From Candidatus Poribacteria bacterium (GTDB taxonomy: Bacteria > Poribacteria > WGA-4E > PCPOR2b), in the NCBI GenBank assembly GCA_965198175.1, contig OZ240245.1, positions 2,176,001 through 2,240,000 of the forward strand: 64,000 nucleotides of DNA, given 5' to 3'. This document shows, one piece after another, positions 47,692 through 58,257 of this stretch. The notes below the pieces were generated by a model. The model was not told the origin of the DNA. It saw nothing but the letters and a program-made list of their open reading frames with translations, and ran no database searches. The position numbers were made by a program, and so were the translations under genes. The number at the start of each line of letters is the position of its first letter. Positions within the stretch are counted from its first letter, which is position 1.

Positions 47692-49446
47692 ATGCTAAAT
47701 GCACCAGCTAAATCATTGGCTCAGGCGATGCTCGATTCAAACCTCATTTCCGAAGACGTGCATCGACAGGTTATCGAAGAGATGGAAAAAACGGGTGTTT
47801 CGATTGATGAATCGCTGAAAAAGCGCGTCGGTGAAAGCGCGCTTGGGCTTGCCAGGAAAAGCATTGAGTACGGCGTCCCGTGCGTTTTGTTGGAGAGGAC
47901 TATCCCAGAATCTGAGGCAACAGCGAAGGTTCCTGCAGGCTTTGCTTATAAGAACAAGATTTTCCCGATACGTCTCGAAGACAAAACGCTTACCTTGGCA
48001 ATGGCGGATGCGCTAGATGTAATCTTGATTGATGAAATTCGGTTGGTAACAGGGTGTGAGATTAATCCGCTGCTTGCGGACGAAGAAGACATCGAAGCCG
48101 CAATCATCCGCTTTTATGGCAAGACAGCAGCCCAAATCCTTAGTGAAAGCATTAAAGGCCCTGTCGGGGCTGTTGCAACACTTGAACGGGAGACGATTGA
48201 AGATTTTGGAATCGATGAGAAGGACCTGATCCAGGATCCGACTGTGATACATGCCGTGGATCAGATGATTATTGATGCTGCGCGCTTAGGTGCCAGTGAT
48301 ATTCACATTGAGCCGTTTCCGGGTGAATTGAAGATTCGTTTCCGAATTGACGGCGTTTTGGAAGAACAGCCGCAGCCGCCATCGCATTTGCAATCTGCAA
48401 TCACATCCCGCGTCAAAATTATGTCGGGAATGAATGTGGCTGAACGGCGACGTCCTCAAGATGGAAAAATAAGCAGGGAAATCCGCAGCGTGGGAAACCG
48501 CCAGATAGATCTTCGTGTATCGACGGTTCCAACGGTCGCAACGCTCCATGGTGAAAGTGTCGTTCTCCGAATTCTCGACAAGCAATCCATCTCGTATGGC
48601 TTAGAGGAACTAGGCTTAATGGAAATCAGTCTGGCGCAGTTTGAGCGAATGATCCGTAGACCACACGGCATCATCTTGGCAACAGGACCAACGGGGAGTG
48701 GGAAAACAACAACACTGTATGCTTGTTTGAAAGAGATTAATACACCAGAAGTCAAGATTATCACGATTGAAGAACCGGTAGAGTATGAGTTGGAGGGGAT
48801 TAATCAGATTCAGGTCAATCCGGATATCGGTGTCACGTTTGCGGCTGGGTTGAGGCATATTCTACGCCAGGATCCGGACAAGGTGCTCGTGGGTGAAATT
48901 CGAGATCATGAAACAGCAGAGATGGCAATTCACACATCGTTGACCGGGCACCTTGTGTTCAGCACACTGCATACGAATAACGCAGCAGGGGCGATTACGC
49001 GCCTTATCGACATGGGTGTGGACGCTTATCTAGTGGCTTCAACATTGGAAGGAATTATCGCCCAGCGACTTGCACGGCGAGTCTGTCGAAATTGTCGTGA
49101 CATGTACCATCCGGATCCGCAGTATATCCGGGAGTTTTTCGGTGGTCAAGCGGGGACCATCGACTCAAATCTGGTCATTCCTCGCGCTGTAGGCTGTACA
49201 GAATGCCGGCGGAGGGGATATAAAGGGCGAATCGGTATTTTTGAAGTCATCTTGATGGGTGAAGAACTTAAGGAAATGGCACTGCATCGTGCCTCGACAA
49301 ACCAACTCAGACGTGCAGCAATGCGGTTAGGCATGAAGACTCTACGCGAAGATGGCTGGAGAAAGGTTGTTGCTGGTTACACAACAGTCGATGAAATAGT
49401 GCGTCTTACTCAAGAAGATGATTTTGACACTCGGGAAGAGGTCTAG
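47692..49446 (+). CDS. gspE: Type II secretion ATPase GspE/PilB
   Basis: ASDIHIEP, GPTGSGKTTT, LRQDPD, GEIRD, TGHLVFSTLHTN, CxxC...CxxC. Confidence 0.93.
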   Translation: MLNAPAKSLAQAMLDSNLISEDVHRQVIEEMEKTGVSIDESLKKRVGESALGLARKSIEYGVPCVLLERTIPESEATAKVPAGFAYKNKIFPIRLEDKTLTLAMADALDVILIDEIRLVTGCEINPLLADEEDIEAAIIRFYGKTAAQILSESIKGPVGAVATLERETIEDFGIDEKDLIQDPTVIHAVDQMIIDAARLGASDIHIEPFPGELKIRFRIDGVLEEQPQPPSHLQSAITSRVKIMSGMNVAERRRPQDGKISREIRSVGNRQIDLRVSTVPTVATLHGESVVLRILDKQSISYGLEELGLMEISLAQFERMIRRPHGIILATGPTGSGKTTTLYACLKEINTPEVKIITIEEPVEYELEGINQIQVNPDIGVTFAAGLRHILRQDPDKVLVGEIRDHETAEMAIHTSLTGHLVFSTLHTNNAAGAITRLIDMGVDAYLVASTLEGIIAQRLARRVCRNCRDMYHPDPQYIREFFGGQAGTIDSNLVIPRAVGCTECRRRGYKGRIGIFEVILMGEELKEMALHRASTNQLRRAAMRLGMKTLREDGWRKVVAGYTTVDEIVRLTQEDDFDTREEV

Positions 49447-49482
49447 TGAAATGTCTCGTGTCATGCAGAAAGAGAGTTGCTG

Positions 49483-50709
49483 ATGCCAAGATTTCGCTAC
49501 GAAGCACTCACAAGCACAGGTAATGTCGTAAGTAATACACAAGAAGCGAACTCTAAAGCCGAACTTGTGTCTAACTTAAAAACAAAGGGGTATTGGGCAA
49601 CGAGCATCATTGAAGAAAACGCTTCAGAAATAGAGGAGAAACGACTTCAAATCTCACTATTTCGCGGACGGATTAAAGCAGCGGAAGTTGAGTTTTTTAC
49701 TTTTCAATTGGCAACGCTTATCAATGCACACGTGACTTTACCGCGCGCGTTGGGAATTGCCCTCGAACAAATCTCGAATCCGGGACTCAGACAAGTTGTT
49801 GAGCAGGTCAAGGTCGATGTCGAGCAAGGGGCGATATTCAACGCAACACTTGCGCAACACCCAAAGGTGTTTTCTAATCTCTATGTCAATATGGTAAAAG
49901 CAGGGGAGGCTGGAGGTGTGCTCGGCGTTGTACTTGAACGGCTATCTGAATTTGCTGAGAGGGCGCGTCTGCTGAAAAACGAAGTCATTTCATCCTTATT
50001 TTATCCTGCGATTCTGTTTGCTTCAAGCATCATTGCTCTTGCTGTTTTGACAATCTTCGTCATCCCCAAACTCACTGTAATGTATGCCGATATGGGTGTT
50101 GATTTGCCTCGCCTGACTCAGTTTCTTATTACTGCCACGAATTTTGTTAGCGTGTATGGGTGGATCCTTCTGGTAGGGTGTGTTGCTATTGCTTTGGGGA
50201 TAAGGCAATTCGTGCGCACGGAAAGTGGCCGCCTCACGTTTGATCGCCTGAAACTCAAGCTCCCTCTCGTGGGAAGTGTGTATAGTAATGTTGCCCTTGT
50301 GCGTTTTACGCGCACGATGGCAACGTTGCTCGAAAATGGGGTTGTGCTGCTGTCGGCGCTTCGAGTTGTCAAGGATTCAATTGGAAATCTAGTCTATAGC
50401 AATGCGGTCACAGAATCAGAAAAAGGAATTGAGCGGGGTTCCACCCTATCGAGAGAGTTGCAGGAAAGTAATGTCTTCCCATCTCTCGTTACTCACATGA
50501 TTACTGTTGGAGAGGAATCTGGCAACCTCGAACAGATGCTTGCAAAACTATCAACATATTACGGTGTGGAAACAAAAAAAGATTTGGAACGACTGACGAG
50601 TTCGATTGGACCTCTAGTGATACTGGTTATGGGAGTAGTGATAGGGATTATCGCAGTTGCGATGATACTTCCGATTTATGGAGCCACCGATTTGGTGGCT
50701 GGACAGTGA
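49483..50709 (+). CDS. gspF: T2SS inner-membrane platform protein GspF/PilC
   Basis: MPRFRYEAL, HPKVF..LYVNMVKAGE, YP, VGEESG, three TM segments. Confidence 0.92.
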   Translation: MPRFRYEALTSTGNVVSNTQEANSKAELVSNLKTKGYWATSIIEENASEIEEKRLQISLFRGRIKAAEVEFFTFQLATLINAHVTLPRALGIALEQISNPGLRQVVEQVKVDVEQGAIFNATLAQHPKVFSNLYVNMVKAGEAGGVLGVVLERLSEFAERARLLKNEVISSLFYPAILFASSIIALAVLTIFVIPKLTVMYADMGVDLPRLTQFLITATNFVSVYGWILLVGCVAIALGIRQFVRTESGRLTFDRLKLKLPLVGSVYSNVALVRFTRTMATLLENGVVLLSALRVVKDSIGNLVYSNAVTESEKGIERGSTLSRELQESNVFPSLVTHMITVGEESGNLEQMLAKLSTYYGVETKKDLERLTSSIGPLVILVMGVVIGIIAVAMILPIYGATDLVAGQ

Positions 50710-50736
50710 AAACCTAGAACTTAGGAGGGACAACCC

Positions 50737-51183
50737 ATGTTGAAACGATTGAAAGCAAATGAATCTGGTGTGACGCTCATCGAACTTTTGATCGTTATCG
50801 TGATTCTTGGGCTATTGGCAGGGGGTATTGCCTTAAATGTGATGCCCCAAAGAGATAAAGCGAAGGTTGCAACCTCTAGACAACGCATTGAGGCGCTGGA
50901 GGTGGCGCTGCAGTTGTATTCCATTGATGTTGGCGACTATCCAACGACGGAACAAGGGTTAGGAGCTCTTTGGAATTCCCCTAATCCAGTGCCTGCGAAT
51001 TGGAATGGACCTTATGTGAGAAAACCAACTTTTGATGATTCGTGGGGAAATGAGTACATATTTCGATACCCTGGCAATCATGAAGGTTACAGTTACGATC
51101 TCTATTCGCTAGGGAAGGATGCTAAAGAGGGGGGTGAAGACTATGACGCCGACATCACAAACTGGATTGAGCAGACGGAGTAG
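50737..51183 (+). CDS. gspG: Major pseudopilin GspG
   Basis: G|VTLIELL, YPTTEQGL.AL, NWNGPY, DSWGNEY..PG, DLYSLG.D...GGE..DADITNW. Confidence 0.95.
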   Translation: MLKRLKANESGVTLIELLIVIVILGLLAGGIALNVMPQRDKAKVATSRQRIEALEVALQLYSIDVGDYPTTEQGLGALWNSPNPVPANWNGPYVRKPTFDDSWGNEYIFRYPGNHEGYSYDLYSLGKDAKEGGEDYDADITNWIEQTE

Positions 51184-51847
51184 CCTCTATTATTCTGATG
51201 CAGCCTTTACGCTAATTGAGATTATGATTGTGCTGACGTTGATTGTCGTTTTGTCTTCGCTGACGATGCCAAAATTGCGCGGTTTCACCGCATCAACGCG
51301 TTTAAAATCGTCAGCCCATGCCATTCGAGACATGCTGCGTTTTGCGCGTGACATGTCGATTACAGAACGGACATCATATCTCGTTGTGTTTGATTTTGAT
51401 TGGAACAGCTACTGGCTCGCCTCCAGAGAAACCTTCAATATTGAGAATCCGTCTGCCTCCTCAATTACCAGTGCTTCAAGTACTGTTCTTCAGATTGAAA
51501 ATCAGCAGAGGCTGGAACGGAAAAGTTCTGAAGCGGGTAAACCAATGGTTTCTCGCACAAGTAATATTCTCGGTCACCCGCGGTCTCTGAACCAAAATGT
51601 GACCTTATCCCACATGATGACCAACCACAATTTCCAGTCTAACCGGATAGACTCAGGTATTGATTATATCTACTTTTCCCCAACGGGTTCCTCTGAAGAG
51701 ACAATACTGCATATTCAAGATCGACAGGGCAAATTGATGTCCATTGTGGTCGAGGGGACTACTGGACGTGTCCACGTTGAAGACCTCCGCAGTCAGCAGG
51801 CAGAAGTAATCGGACGTTCTACTACAGAGGGAACCAACATTCGGTAG
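51143..51847 (+). CDS. gspH: Minor pseudopilin GspH-like
   Basis: A|FTLIEIMIVL, LRFARD.SI, IYFSPTG..E, TGRVHV. Confidence 0.8.
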   Translation: MTPTSQTGLSRRSSLYYSDAAFTLIEIMIVLTLIVVLSSLTMPKLRGFTASTRLKSSAHAIRDMLRFARDMSITERTSYLVVFDFDWNSYWLASRETFNIENPSASSITSASSTVLQIENQQRLERKSSEAGKPMVSRTSNILGHPRSLNQNVTLSHMMTNHNFQSNRIDSGIDYIYFSPTGSSEETILHIQDRQGKLMSIVVEGTTGRVHVEDLRSQQAEVIGRSTTEGTNIR

Positions 51848-52023
51848 AAATTCGAATGTCTGGTTTCTAATACCTGTTGCCTGACATTTAACGTTTATAG
51901 GTATGTCAATATTGCTGTACTGGGCCTTTTAGCAAGAGATTCTCTACAACGCAATCTCGATGTCTTCCACCACGCCCAAGTGAGCCGCTAAAATAGCCTA
52001 GAAAGACCTTGTAGACATCGTAG

Positions 52024-52464
52024 ATGACTTCTCTGAAGTATTTTGACTCACTTCTTCATAAATCGACAGACGACAACAGCGGTTTTACTTTGATCGAAAT
52101 TGTTGTCACTTTAGCGATTTTATCCATAGGGTTACCAGTGCTCCTCCAATCCTTTTCTAGCGTAGCAAACAATCAAAAACTATCAGAAGATAAGACCACC
52201 GTCCTGTACCTTCTCAAAACTCGCATGGCGGAAATCGAACTACAAGGATATCCGGATATTGGGACAGAAGAGGGGGAATTTGGCGAGAATTCGCCTTACC
52301 GCTGGCGTTCAGAAGTTCACGACGTTGAATCGGATGAGTTTGAGGAAGGGCTTCGTGCTGTAACTGTGACAATCACATGGCTAGAGCGAGGGAAAGCAGA
52401 ATCAACTTCGATGGCCGCCTATATCGCGAATCGACAGATACCACAGCCGCAAAGTGCTCAGTAG
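52024..52464 (+). CDS. gspI: Minor pseudopilin GspI-like
   Basis: G|FTLIEIVV, EGEF..YRW, LRAVTVTITW. Confidence 0.8.
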   Translation: MTSLKYFDSLLHKSTDDNSGFTLIEIVVTLAILSIGLPVLLQSFSSVANNQKLSEDKTTVLYLLKTRMAEIELQGYPDIGTEEGEFGENSPYRWRSEVHDVESDEFEEGLRAVTVTITWLERGKAESTSMAAYIANRQIPQPQSAQ

Positions 52465-52495
52465 GTAGAATTAAGGCAGTGAATGAGAGGACGGA

Positions 52496-53422
52496 ATGGG
52501 GAAATCCGCTTCACGTGTCACGCTTAGCATTTTACACGAGCGCGGGCTAACTTTGATCGAACTGCTAATGGCAGTGAGTATTCTTGTCATAATTAGCGGT
52601 TCTACTTACACCGCGTTCAATATGGCGATGGACGTTTACCAAAAGACGGGATCTCGGATTGTAATGACTCAGAAATGTCGAATAGCGCTAGACCGAGTTG
52701 TCATTGATTTGAGCAATATGCAGGCAGTACAAGGAGATGAAGCACTCTCGCTCATCTCCCTGGACAAACCGCAGGAAACAGGAGATCGAGATCTGATTAG
52801 CTTCGTAACGCTCATTCATGCGACTCCTGATCCATTTCTTGCTGAATTGAACACCGCGAGAGGGTTTTCAAATGAGGACGAGGAAAATCAGGAATCAATT
52901 GCCAGCGATGTTCAGCGCGTCAGCTACTACATTGGGAGGGATCCGACTCGAGAGCAGGAGGATTCGGCGTTTCACGGCGCAATGTTGGGAATAGATAGCG
53001 AAGAGAGCGAAGTAGAGGAGGCACCGGCGCTTTTGCGGGTGACAACAACATCACTAAATCCTGAAACGGTGATTCAACCGTTGCTTGAATCAGGAACACT
53101 TCCGAGCGAAGATGAGGATGGGAATCCAATTGTTGTGGACATTGTTCCAATTATCAATCAGATTGTCTCCTTTGACTTAAAGTATTTTGACGGTGAAACA
53201 TGGTACGATTCATGGGAGAGCAGCGAGATGATTCCAAAGGCAGTTGAAGTGTCAATTACCGTTGCTAGCGAGGATAGCAGCCAATCGAGAGAACTAGTTA
53301 GACGCCAAGATGCTAAGCGCGAGACTCAATCGACAATGGTCTATCTGTTAATGAGCGCAAACTTTACCGAGCAACCGCCGGGTGGACCCAGCGACGAACC
53401 GGACAGTGGAACTGGGGAATGA
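52496..53422 (+). CDS. gspJ: Minor pseudopilin GspJ-like
   Basis: G|LTLIELL, RVSYY, YFDGETWYDSW..PKAVEVSI. Confidence 0.82.
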   Translation: MGKSASRVTLSILHERGLTLIELLMAVSILVIISGSTYTAFNMAMDVYQKTGSRIVMTQKCRIALDRVVIDLSNMQAVQGDEALSLISLDKPQETGDRDLISFVTLIHATPDPFLAELNTARGFSNEDEENQESIASDVQRVSYYIGRDPTREQEDSAFHGAMLGIDSEESEVEEAPALLRVTTTSLNPETVIQPLLESGTLPSEDEDGNPIVVDIVPIINQIVSFDLKYFDGETWYDSWESSEMIPKAVEVSITVASEDSSQSRELVRRQDAKRETQSTMVYLLMSANFTEQPPGGPSDEPDSGTGE

Positions 53423-53426
53423 AGAA

Positions 53427-54917
53427 ATGAGGAAACTACGTTTACATAGTGCGGTTTGCGCATTACGTATTGCGCATTACGAATCTCATGTTTCACGCAC
53501 TGGTGAAGGAGGCTTATCGCTGATTGCGACCCTCTGGATATTGACAATCCTCTCTGTACTTGCAACCCAGCTTCTCTATTCAATCCGCCTTGAGCAACGT
53601 GCGCAGGCTAATTTCACTGAACGAACAAAATTCTACTATGCAGCAAAAGCAGGTTTTGAGAAATCAATCGCGATGCTTCGCGGGGATACAACACCTTACG
53701 ATGCGCTCGGCGAAAACTGGTCGCAGGAGATGGAGGAACAGATTGAAGATGGAACCAGAGTTGGAAACGTGCTTACCTATCGCGTGTTAATCACGGACGA
53801 AGAATCAAAAGTCAACTTGAATACGGCGGATGCAAACGTGATTCGCGGATTACTAGGTTTGGTCGGCTATGAAGAGTCGGCAATAGCAGAGCAATCTCCG
53901 CTTGCAGACGCAATCGTGGAGGGACGCCCCTATCGTACTGCGCGGGACGTGGCGCGACTTGAAGGGATGACCCAGGAAATCCTCTACGGTCAGCAACATA
54001 TCACCCAGGGATTGTCCTCCGAAAATCGAGATCAGGGCATAGCTGAGGGAAAAAGCGTGAAGGGGTTGATTGATTTCGTGACAATTTATTCTATTGACAA
54101 AAACACCGACGCAAATGGGCAGCCACGTGTAAACGTAAACAGTGCAGATGTGCAGCAGATAACGCAAATGCAGGGAGTTAACAACCAGCCGGTGTTTTCC
54201 CAAGGTGAAGCAGAGTCGCTGACCCACCAGCGATCGTTCAGAGGTATAGGCAATCTGATAGATGCCCAAGCTGTTTCAGATCAGATTTTTGACAACATTC
54301 GCGATCGAATTACCGTAGAAGACAACAATGAGGAAAACCAGGAACAGGTCAACATTAACACCGCCGATGCAGGCATATTAGAATCCCTGGACGGTATCGA
54401 TCAAGGAATTGCCGAGCGAATCATCAATCATCGGGACAACGAGGGTGCCTTTGATAATGTGGATGAACTTAGGGAGGTTACATTGATTACGACCGATGAG
54501 TTCAAAAGCATTGTAGATCGGATCACTACTTCGGACGATGCGACATTAAGCGGGCTAATCAACGTTAATACCACTTCCAAGGAGGTTCTGCAGCTGCTGC
54601 CGGGGATGGATGAAAATAAAGCCCAAGCGGTGATTGACCGCCGCGAAGCTGCCCCAGAAGGCGGTCAACAGAATCAGGCACTAGTGCAAAATGAAGTTAC
54701 GGGTAATCCGTTTACGAACATTGCTCAACTGCTTGATGTGGAGGGGATTGATGTAGACACATTTCGGCAGATTGCAGACCTCATCACCTACCGATCGCAC
54801 GGCTTTCTCATTGAATCGTCTGGTGTCGATTCACGAGGAAAAACCCTTGCCTCCTGTGTTGGTGCGATTGATCGATCTGGACAGCAGGTCGCCATTAAGT
54901 ATTGGAAACAGGATTAA
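53427..54917 (+). CDS. gspK: Minor pseudopilin GspK with four HhH/ComEA-like repeats
   Basis: G|LSLIATLWIL, YAAKAG, DALGENW, ITDEESKVNLNTA; four [VI]N[LVI]N[TS] repeats. Confidence 0.85.
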   Translation: MRKLRLHSAVCALRIAHYESHVSRTGEGGLSLIATLWILTILSVLATQLLYSIRLEQRAQANFTERTKFYYAAKAGFEKSIAMLRGDTTPYDALGENWSQEMEEQIEDGTRVGNVLTYRVLITDEESKVNLNTADANVIRGLLGLVGYEESAIAEQSPLADAIVEGRPYRTARDVARLEGMTQEILYGQQHITQGLSSENRDQGIAEGKSVKGLIDFVTIYSIDKNTDANGQPRVNVNSADVQQITQMQGVNNQPVFSQGEAESLTHQRSFRGIGNLIDAQAVSDQIFDNIRDRITVEDNNEENQEQVNINTADAGILESLDGIDQGIAERIINHRDNEGAFDNVDELREVTLITTDEFKSIVDRITTSDDATLSGLINVNTTSKEVLQLLPGMDENKAQAVIDRREAAPEGGQQNQALVQNEVTGNPFTNIAQLLDVEGIDVDTFRQIADLITYRSHGFLIESSGVDSRGKTLASCVGAIDRSGQQVAIKYWKQD

Positions 54918-54926
54918 CGTAGATAT

Positions 54927-56711
54927 TTGGCAAACACCGATTCAAGGAAAAACAATTTGGCAAAGCATCAGGTTGTATCCATTGACATTGGCGCAAGCGC
55001 GATTAAACTATCGCAACTGGAGCGAACGACATCCGGACTGCACTTGGTTAGTGTAGGAATCGAACTGTATCCGCGAAAAAGCCCAATGGGGGAAATCGAT
55101 GACCAAACGATTCAACAGACACTGCAGAAGCTCTGGAAGAAGGTGCTAGGTCGAAAAAAACTCCCGGTTGTCTTATCCATCCCTAGACTGCTGGTGACTT
55201 CACGGCGTTTAAGGAACCTGCCGACTACTATAACGGACGATCAGCTGCCAAGTCTCGTTGCTATCCAAGCAGAAACTGAATTGCCATTCACACCGGAGCA
55301 TGCAGTCTATGACTTTCATGATGTGCGTCGGGACGAGGAGTCCGGGGTGTCCGTAGAACTCATCGCGACGCGGCGGGAAGCCGCTCAAAAACAGATTGAT
55401 TATCTGAAACCCCTTGGAATTCTGCCAAGGGCCCTGCTCCCTTCATCGTTAGCAATTTGTGTGTTAGCAGGAATGCAGCTCAACGAAAATTCGTCAGATC
55501 GACGGATAATGGTTGTGGATATTGGAGCAAGCCGTACGGATCTGTGCGTTATGCAAGAGAACATACTACAGTTTTCACGGAGTTTTCCTGTCGGTGGGGA
55601 TTTATTAACGCGCTATTACCAAGATGAAACAAGCGACGACTTTGAGAGCGCTGAAAATAAAAAAATTGCCAACGCTGAGCTAGACGAGCGGTCCGAAAGC
55701 TCCACTCCTACTTATGTATGGGCTGGTGAATTTATTACGGAGCTGAGACGGTCAATCGGAGCGGCAAAGCGGGAGCTCGATTTGACGGAGGGCGATCTTG
55801 TCCGTGAAATTTGGCTTTGTGGTGGAGGCGCTCAAATCGCCGGATTGCCGACTTACGTTGCTACTCAATTACAGATTCCAGCCCGTCTCTGGAATCCACT
55901 CGATGCCCTAAAGTCTTCGATTTCCGATCAATCCCTGGGGAATTGGGATGGACTACTGTCGAACCTTCAATCTATTGAGGGGTTCAGCAGCAGTTCTGCT
56001 GTATCGCTGGGGCTAGGCGTGAATGCCCTCAGCCAACAGATTGAGCTAGATCTTCTTCCGAAGGAAGAAAAAGCTAAACTGACGCAAGCGGAAAGGAAGT
56101 CGCAAATGCTCAAAGGCGTTGCTGCAGGGGCGGTTCTGCTTTTTGGGTTAGTGCTGGGTGGATTGACATGTCGCGCATCTTACCAATCGAAAATCTACGA
56201 CTTGGACAGTGAGATTAGAAGCATTGGAGGGGCGGAATCTAGCGCAAAGAGAGCGTTAGTAAAAGACTTAGCTATAGCCGATCTGTTGGCTCCTCGGAGT
56301 TCCCCGTTAGATATATTTCGTGAATTAAGTGTCCGCTTCGCCGATCGTACAAAAATCGCTTGGACAAATTTGAACATGAGTCATCTTGATGAACCCGACA
56401 AAGCGAAGATTGTTTTTAGTGTTGAAGCTAGTTCCCATCAAGAAGTCAGCAAAATGCTCAGCGCCATGGCGCAATCCGGACTGTTCAGAGAGATTAAATC
56501 TGGACAGATTACAAGTATCGAACGTGATAAAAAACAGATCTCACAGGTGCAAGTGACTTGTAATCTTTCACTGGAAGCTGTACGGATGTTTGCTCAAGCT
56601 CGATACCTCCATCCAATTGGGGTCCAGATTGAACCGGAAGAAACGGATATTGGACCAGAAGCAGAGGAAGTAGAATCCGTATCGACTCAAGATGACAATG
56701 ACGATAAGTAA
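54927..56711 (+). CDS. GspL / PilM-PilN fusion-like assembly protein
   Basis: SIDIGASAIK, VDIGASRTD, WLCGGGA actin-like domain, LDLLP, a TM helix and a periplasmic PilN-like domain. Confidence 0.8.
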   Translation: MANTDSRKNNLAKHQVVSIDIGASAIKLSQLERTTSGLHLVSVGIELYPRKSPMGEIDDQTIQQTLQKLWKKVLGRKKLPVVLSIPRLLVTSRRLRNLPTTITDDQLPSLVAIQAETELPFTPEHAVYDFHDVRRDEESGVSVELIATRREAAQKQIDYLKPLGILPRALLPSSLAICVLAGMQLNENSSDRRIMVVDIGASRTDLCVMQENILQFSRSFPVGGDLLTRYYQDETSDDFESAENKKIANAELDERSESSTPTYVWAGEFITELRRSIGAAKRELDLTEGDLVREIWLCGGGAQIAGLPTYVATQLQIPARLWNPLDALKSSISDQSLGNWDGLLSNLQSIEGFSSSSAVSLGLGVNALSQQIELDLLPKEEKAKLTQAERKSQMLKGVAAGAVLLFGLVLGGLTCRASYQSKIYDLDSEIRSIGGAESSAKRALVKDLAIADLLAPRSSPLDIFRELSVRFADRTKIAWTNLNMSHLDEPDKAKIVFSVEASSHQEVSKMLSAMAQSGLFREIKSGQITSIERDKKQISQVQVTCNLSLEAVRMFAQARYLHPIGVQIEPEETDIGPEAEEVESVSTQDDNDDK

Positions 56712-56722
56712 AGGGAGCGTAG

Positions 56723-58252
56723 ATGAGAAAACTCACGAAACGCGAAAAGGTGCTGCTGGCTCTGGTTGCCGTCGTTGTTGTCGTGATTCTGTTTACGCAG
56801 CTTGAGCCCGCAATTCGTCAAGGCTTTTCAGGTCGGACGTTGGCTGATAAGCGCGAAGCGCTCCAAACCGCTCGCGATTTGGTGTCTCTCTCTCAAACCA
56901 TTGAACGAATTGCTGGAAACCTTCGGGAGAATGTCGGACTACAGGGAGAGATTATCTCCGATTCTCTGTTTGAAGTTCTCTCAAGTCAGATTGACGCAGA
57001 CGACCTCAATCGGGCCCAGCGTGCGTCGGATCTGGCAGTTCTACATCCTGCTCTTCGGGGCAAAGCGGATACCTTGCTTGCTTATAAGGAACAGAATGGT
57101 GATTTCAAGAGCTTAGATGCGCTGAAAACGATGCGGGGTCCCATTTTTGAGGGAGAGCAGCCAGAGGCGGTGATTTCTCGGCGAATTGCTATTCTTGTCC
57201 GAAAAGCAGGACTTCGCCCGAACTATCGACTGAACATGAAGCCCAGGCCTGGTAGGAATACCGAGACGATTCCCTCTCAAGCGAAAAGGAACCTCGTGCT
57301 TTATCTATATAACAGCGAGTTGGACGAGGAATTAAAACGGTTACAAGTGCAGCAGAATGCGATTGAGGAAGAAAGGAAACCCAGACAGGCAGAGATGGAA
57401 GAGGAGGCATCGGCTGCGATTCTTGATGCATGGCTGAATGGTGATGAATCTGCTGTGCGAAAGACGGAAATACCGGGAAGCGTCGCGACAGAAAAACCTC
57501 AGATCAAGGGAGAATTGAACTCTATTCCTGCTGCCAAGCGAGATGCAGAAACTAATTTGTCTGACAGAAGTGAAGCAATTGCACCATCGAATCAAGTTTC
57601 TCAGTCAGTGACTTCACACATGAGTGGGAGGGATAATGCGACCAAGCCGACGCCATCGGATCGACAATTCCTGCCAATGCCCGAGGTTATTGCTTTACCA
57701 GTGCGTATTCAACTCATCCAATTTATTCAACACAACTTAAAACTGGAAATGGCAGGCGCGGCGGAATCTAAGGAAGGGTTTATTACAAATGAAGTCGCCA
57801 CCGTGATAGACAAGGCGAAGGGCGGGTTTCTTAGGCTTGGTGCCAAAAAGCAGACAGTGCGAGTTCAGTTGAAACCGGATAGTGTGCTTCGACTAAAGCT
57901 TTGGGAATTGGTCCATCGGCGTGAAGATGAACAGAACACGCTTGAAGGCGAGATTGAAGAACGCATTGATTTTGATGAACAACTGATTGCACTTACCGCC
58001 TACGTCGCGGCAGTTCAAAAGCATATAGAGAAGTTAAAGGGATGGTTTGCAAAAATCCCTTCGACCTACCAGCCGGGGAAGTATATTGTTGAAATGAACT
58101 TAAAAGGCGAAATGGGTAAAGTTGTCGAGTTGATTCAATTGATTGAAGCGTCGTCAAGATGGTTATTCGTCAGAAATCTCAGAATTTCCATCGAGGATAG
58201 GAAGAAAACGATGCTCAGCGCCGATTTATCCATGATTGCAAAGGTGCTTTGA
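56723..58252 (+). CDS. GspM/PilO-like protein with a large insertion, including a ComEA-like HhH
   Basis: MRKLTKREKVLL + TM typical of GspM; C-terminal VEMNLKG..IEAS..LFVRNLRI; 509 aa, much longer than a typical GspM. Confidence 0.65.
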   Translation: MRKLTKREKVLLALVAVVVVVILFTQLEPAIRQGFSGRTLADKREALQTARDLVSLSQTIERIAGNLRENVGLQGEIISDSLFEVLSSQIDADDLNRAQRASDLAVLHPALRGKADTLLAYKEQNGDFKSLDALKTMRGPIFEGEQPEAVISRRIAILVRKAGLRPNYRLNMKPRPGRNTETIPSQAKRNLVLYLYNSELDEELKRLQVQQNAIEEERKPRQAEMEEEASAAILDAWLNGDESAVRKTEIPGSVATEKPQIKGELNSIPAAKRDAETNLSDRSEAIAPSNQVSQSVTSHMSGRDNATKPTPSDRQFLPMPEVIALPVRIQLIQFIQHNLKLEMAGAAESKEGFITNEVATVIDKAKGGFLRLGAKKQTVRVQLKPDSVLRLKLWELVHRREDEQNTLEGEIEERIDFDEQLIALTAYVAAVQKHIEKLKGWFAKIPSTYQPGKYIVEMNLKGEMGKVVELIQLIEASSRWLFVRNLRISIEDRKKTMLSADLSMIAKVL

Positions 58253-58257
58253 CTGCG

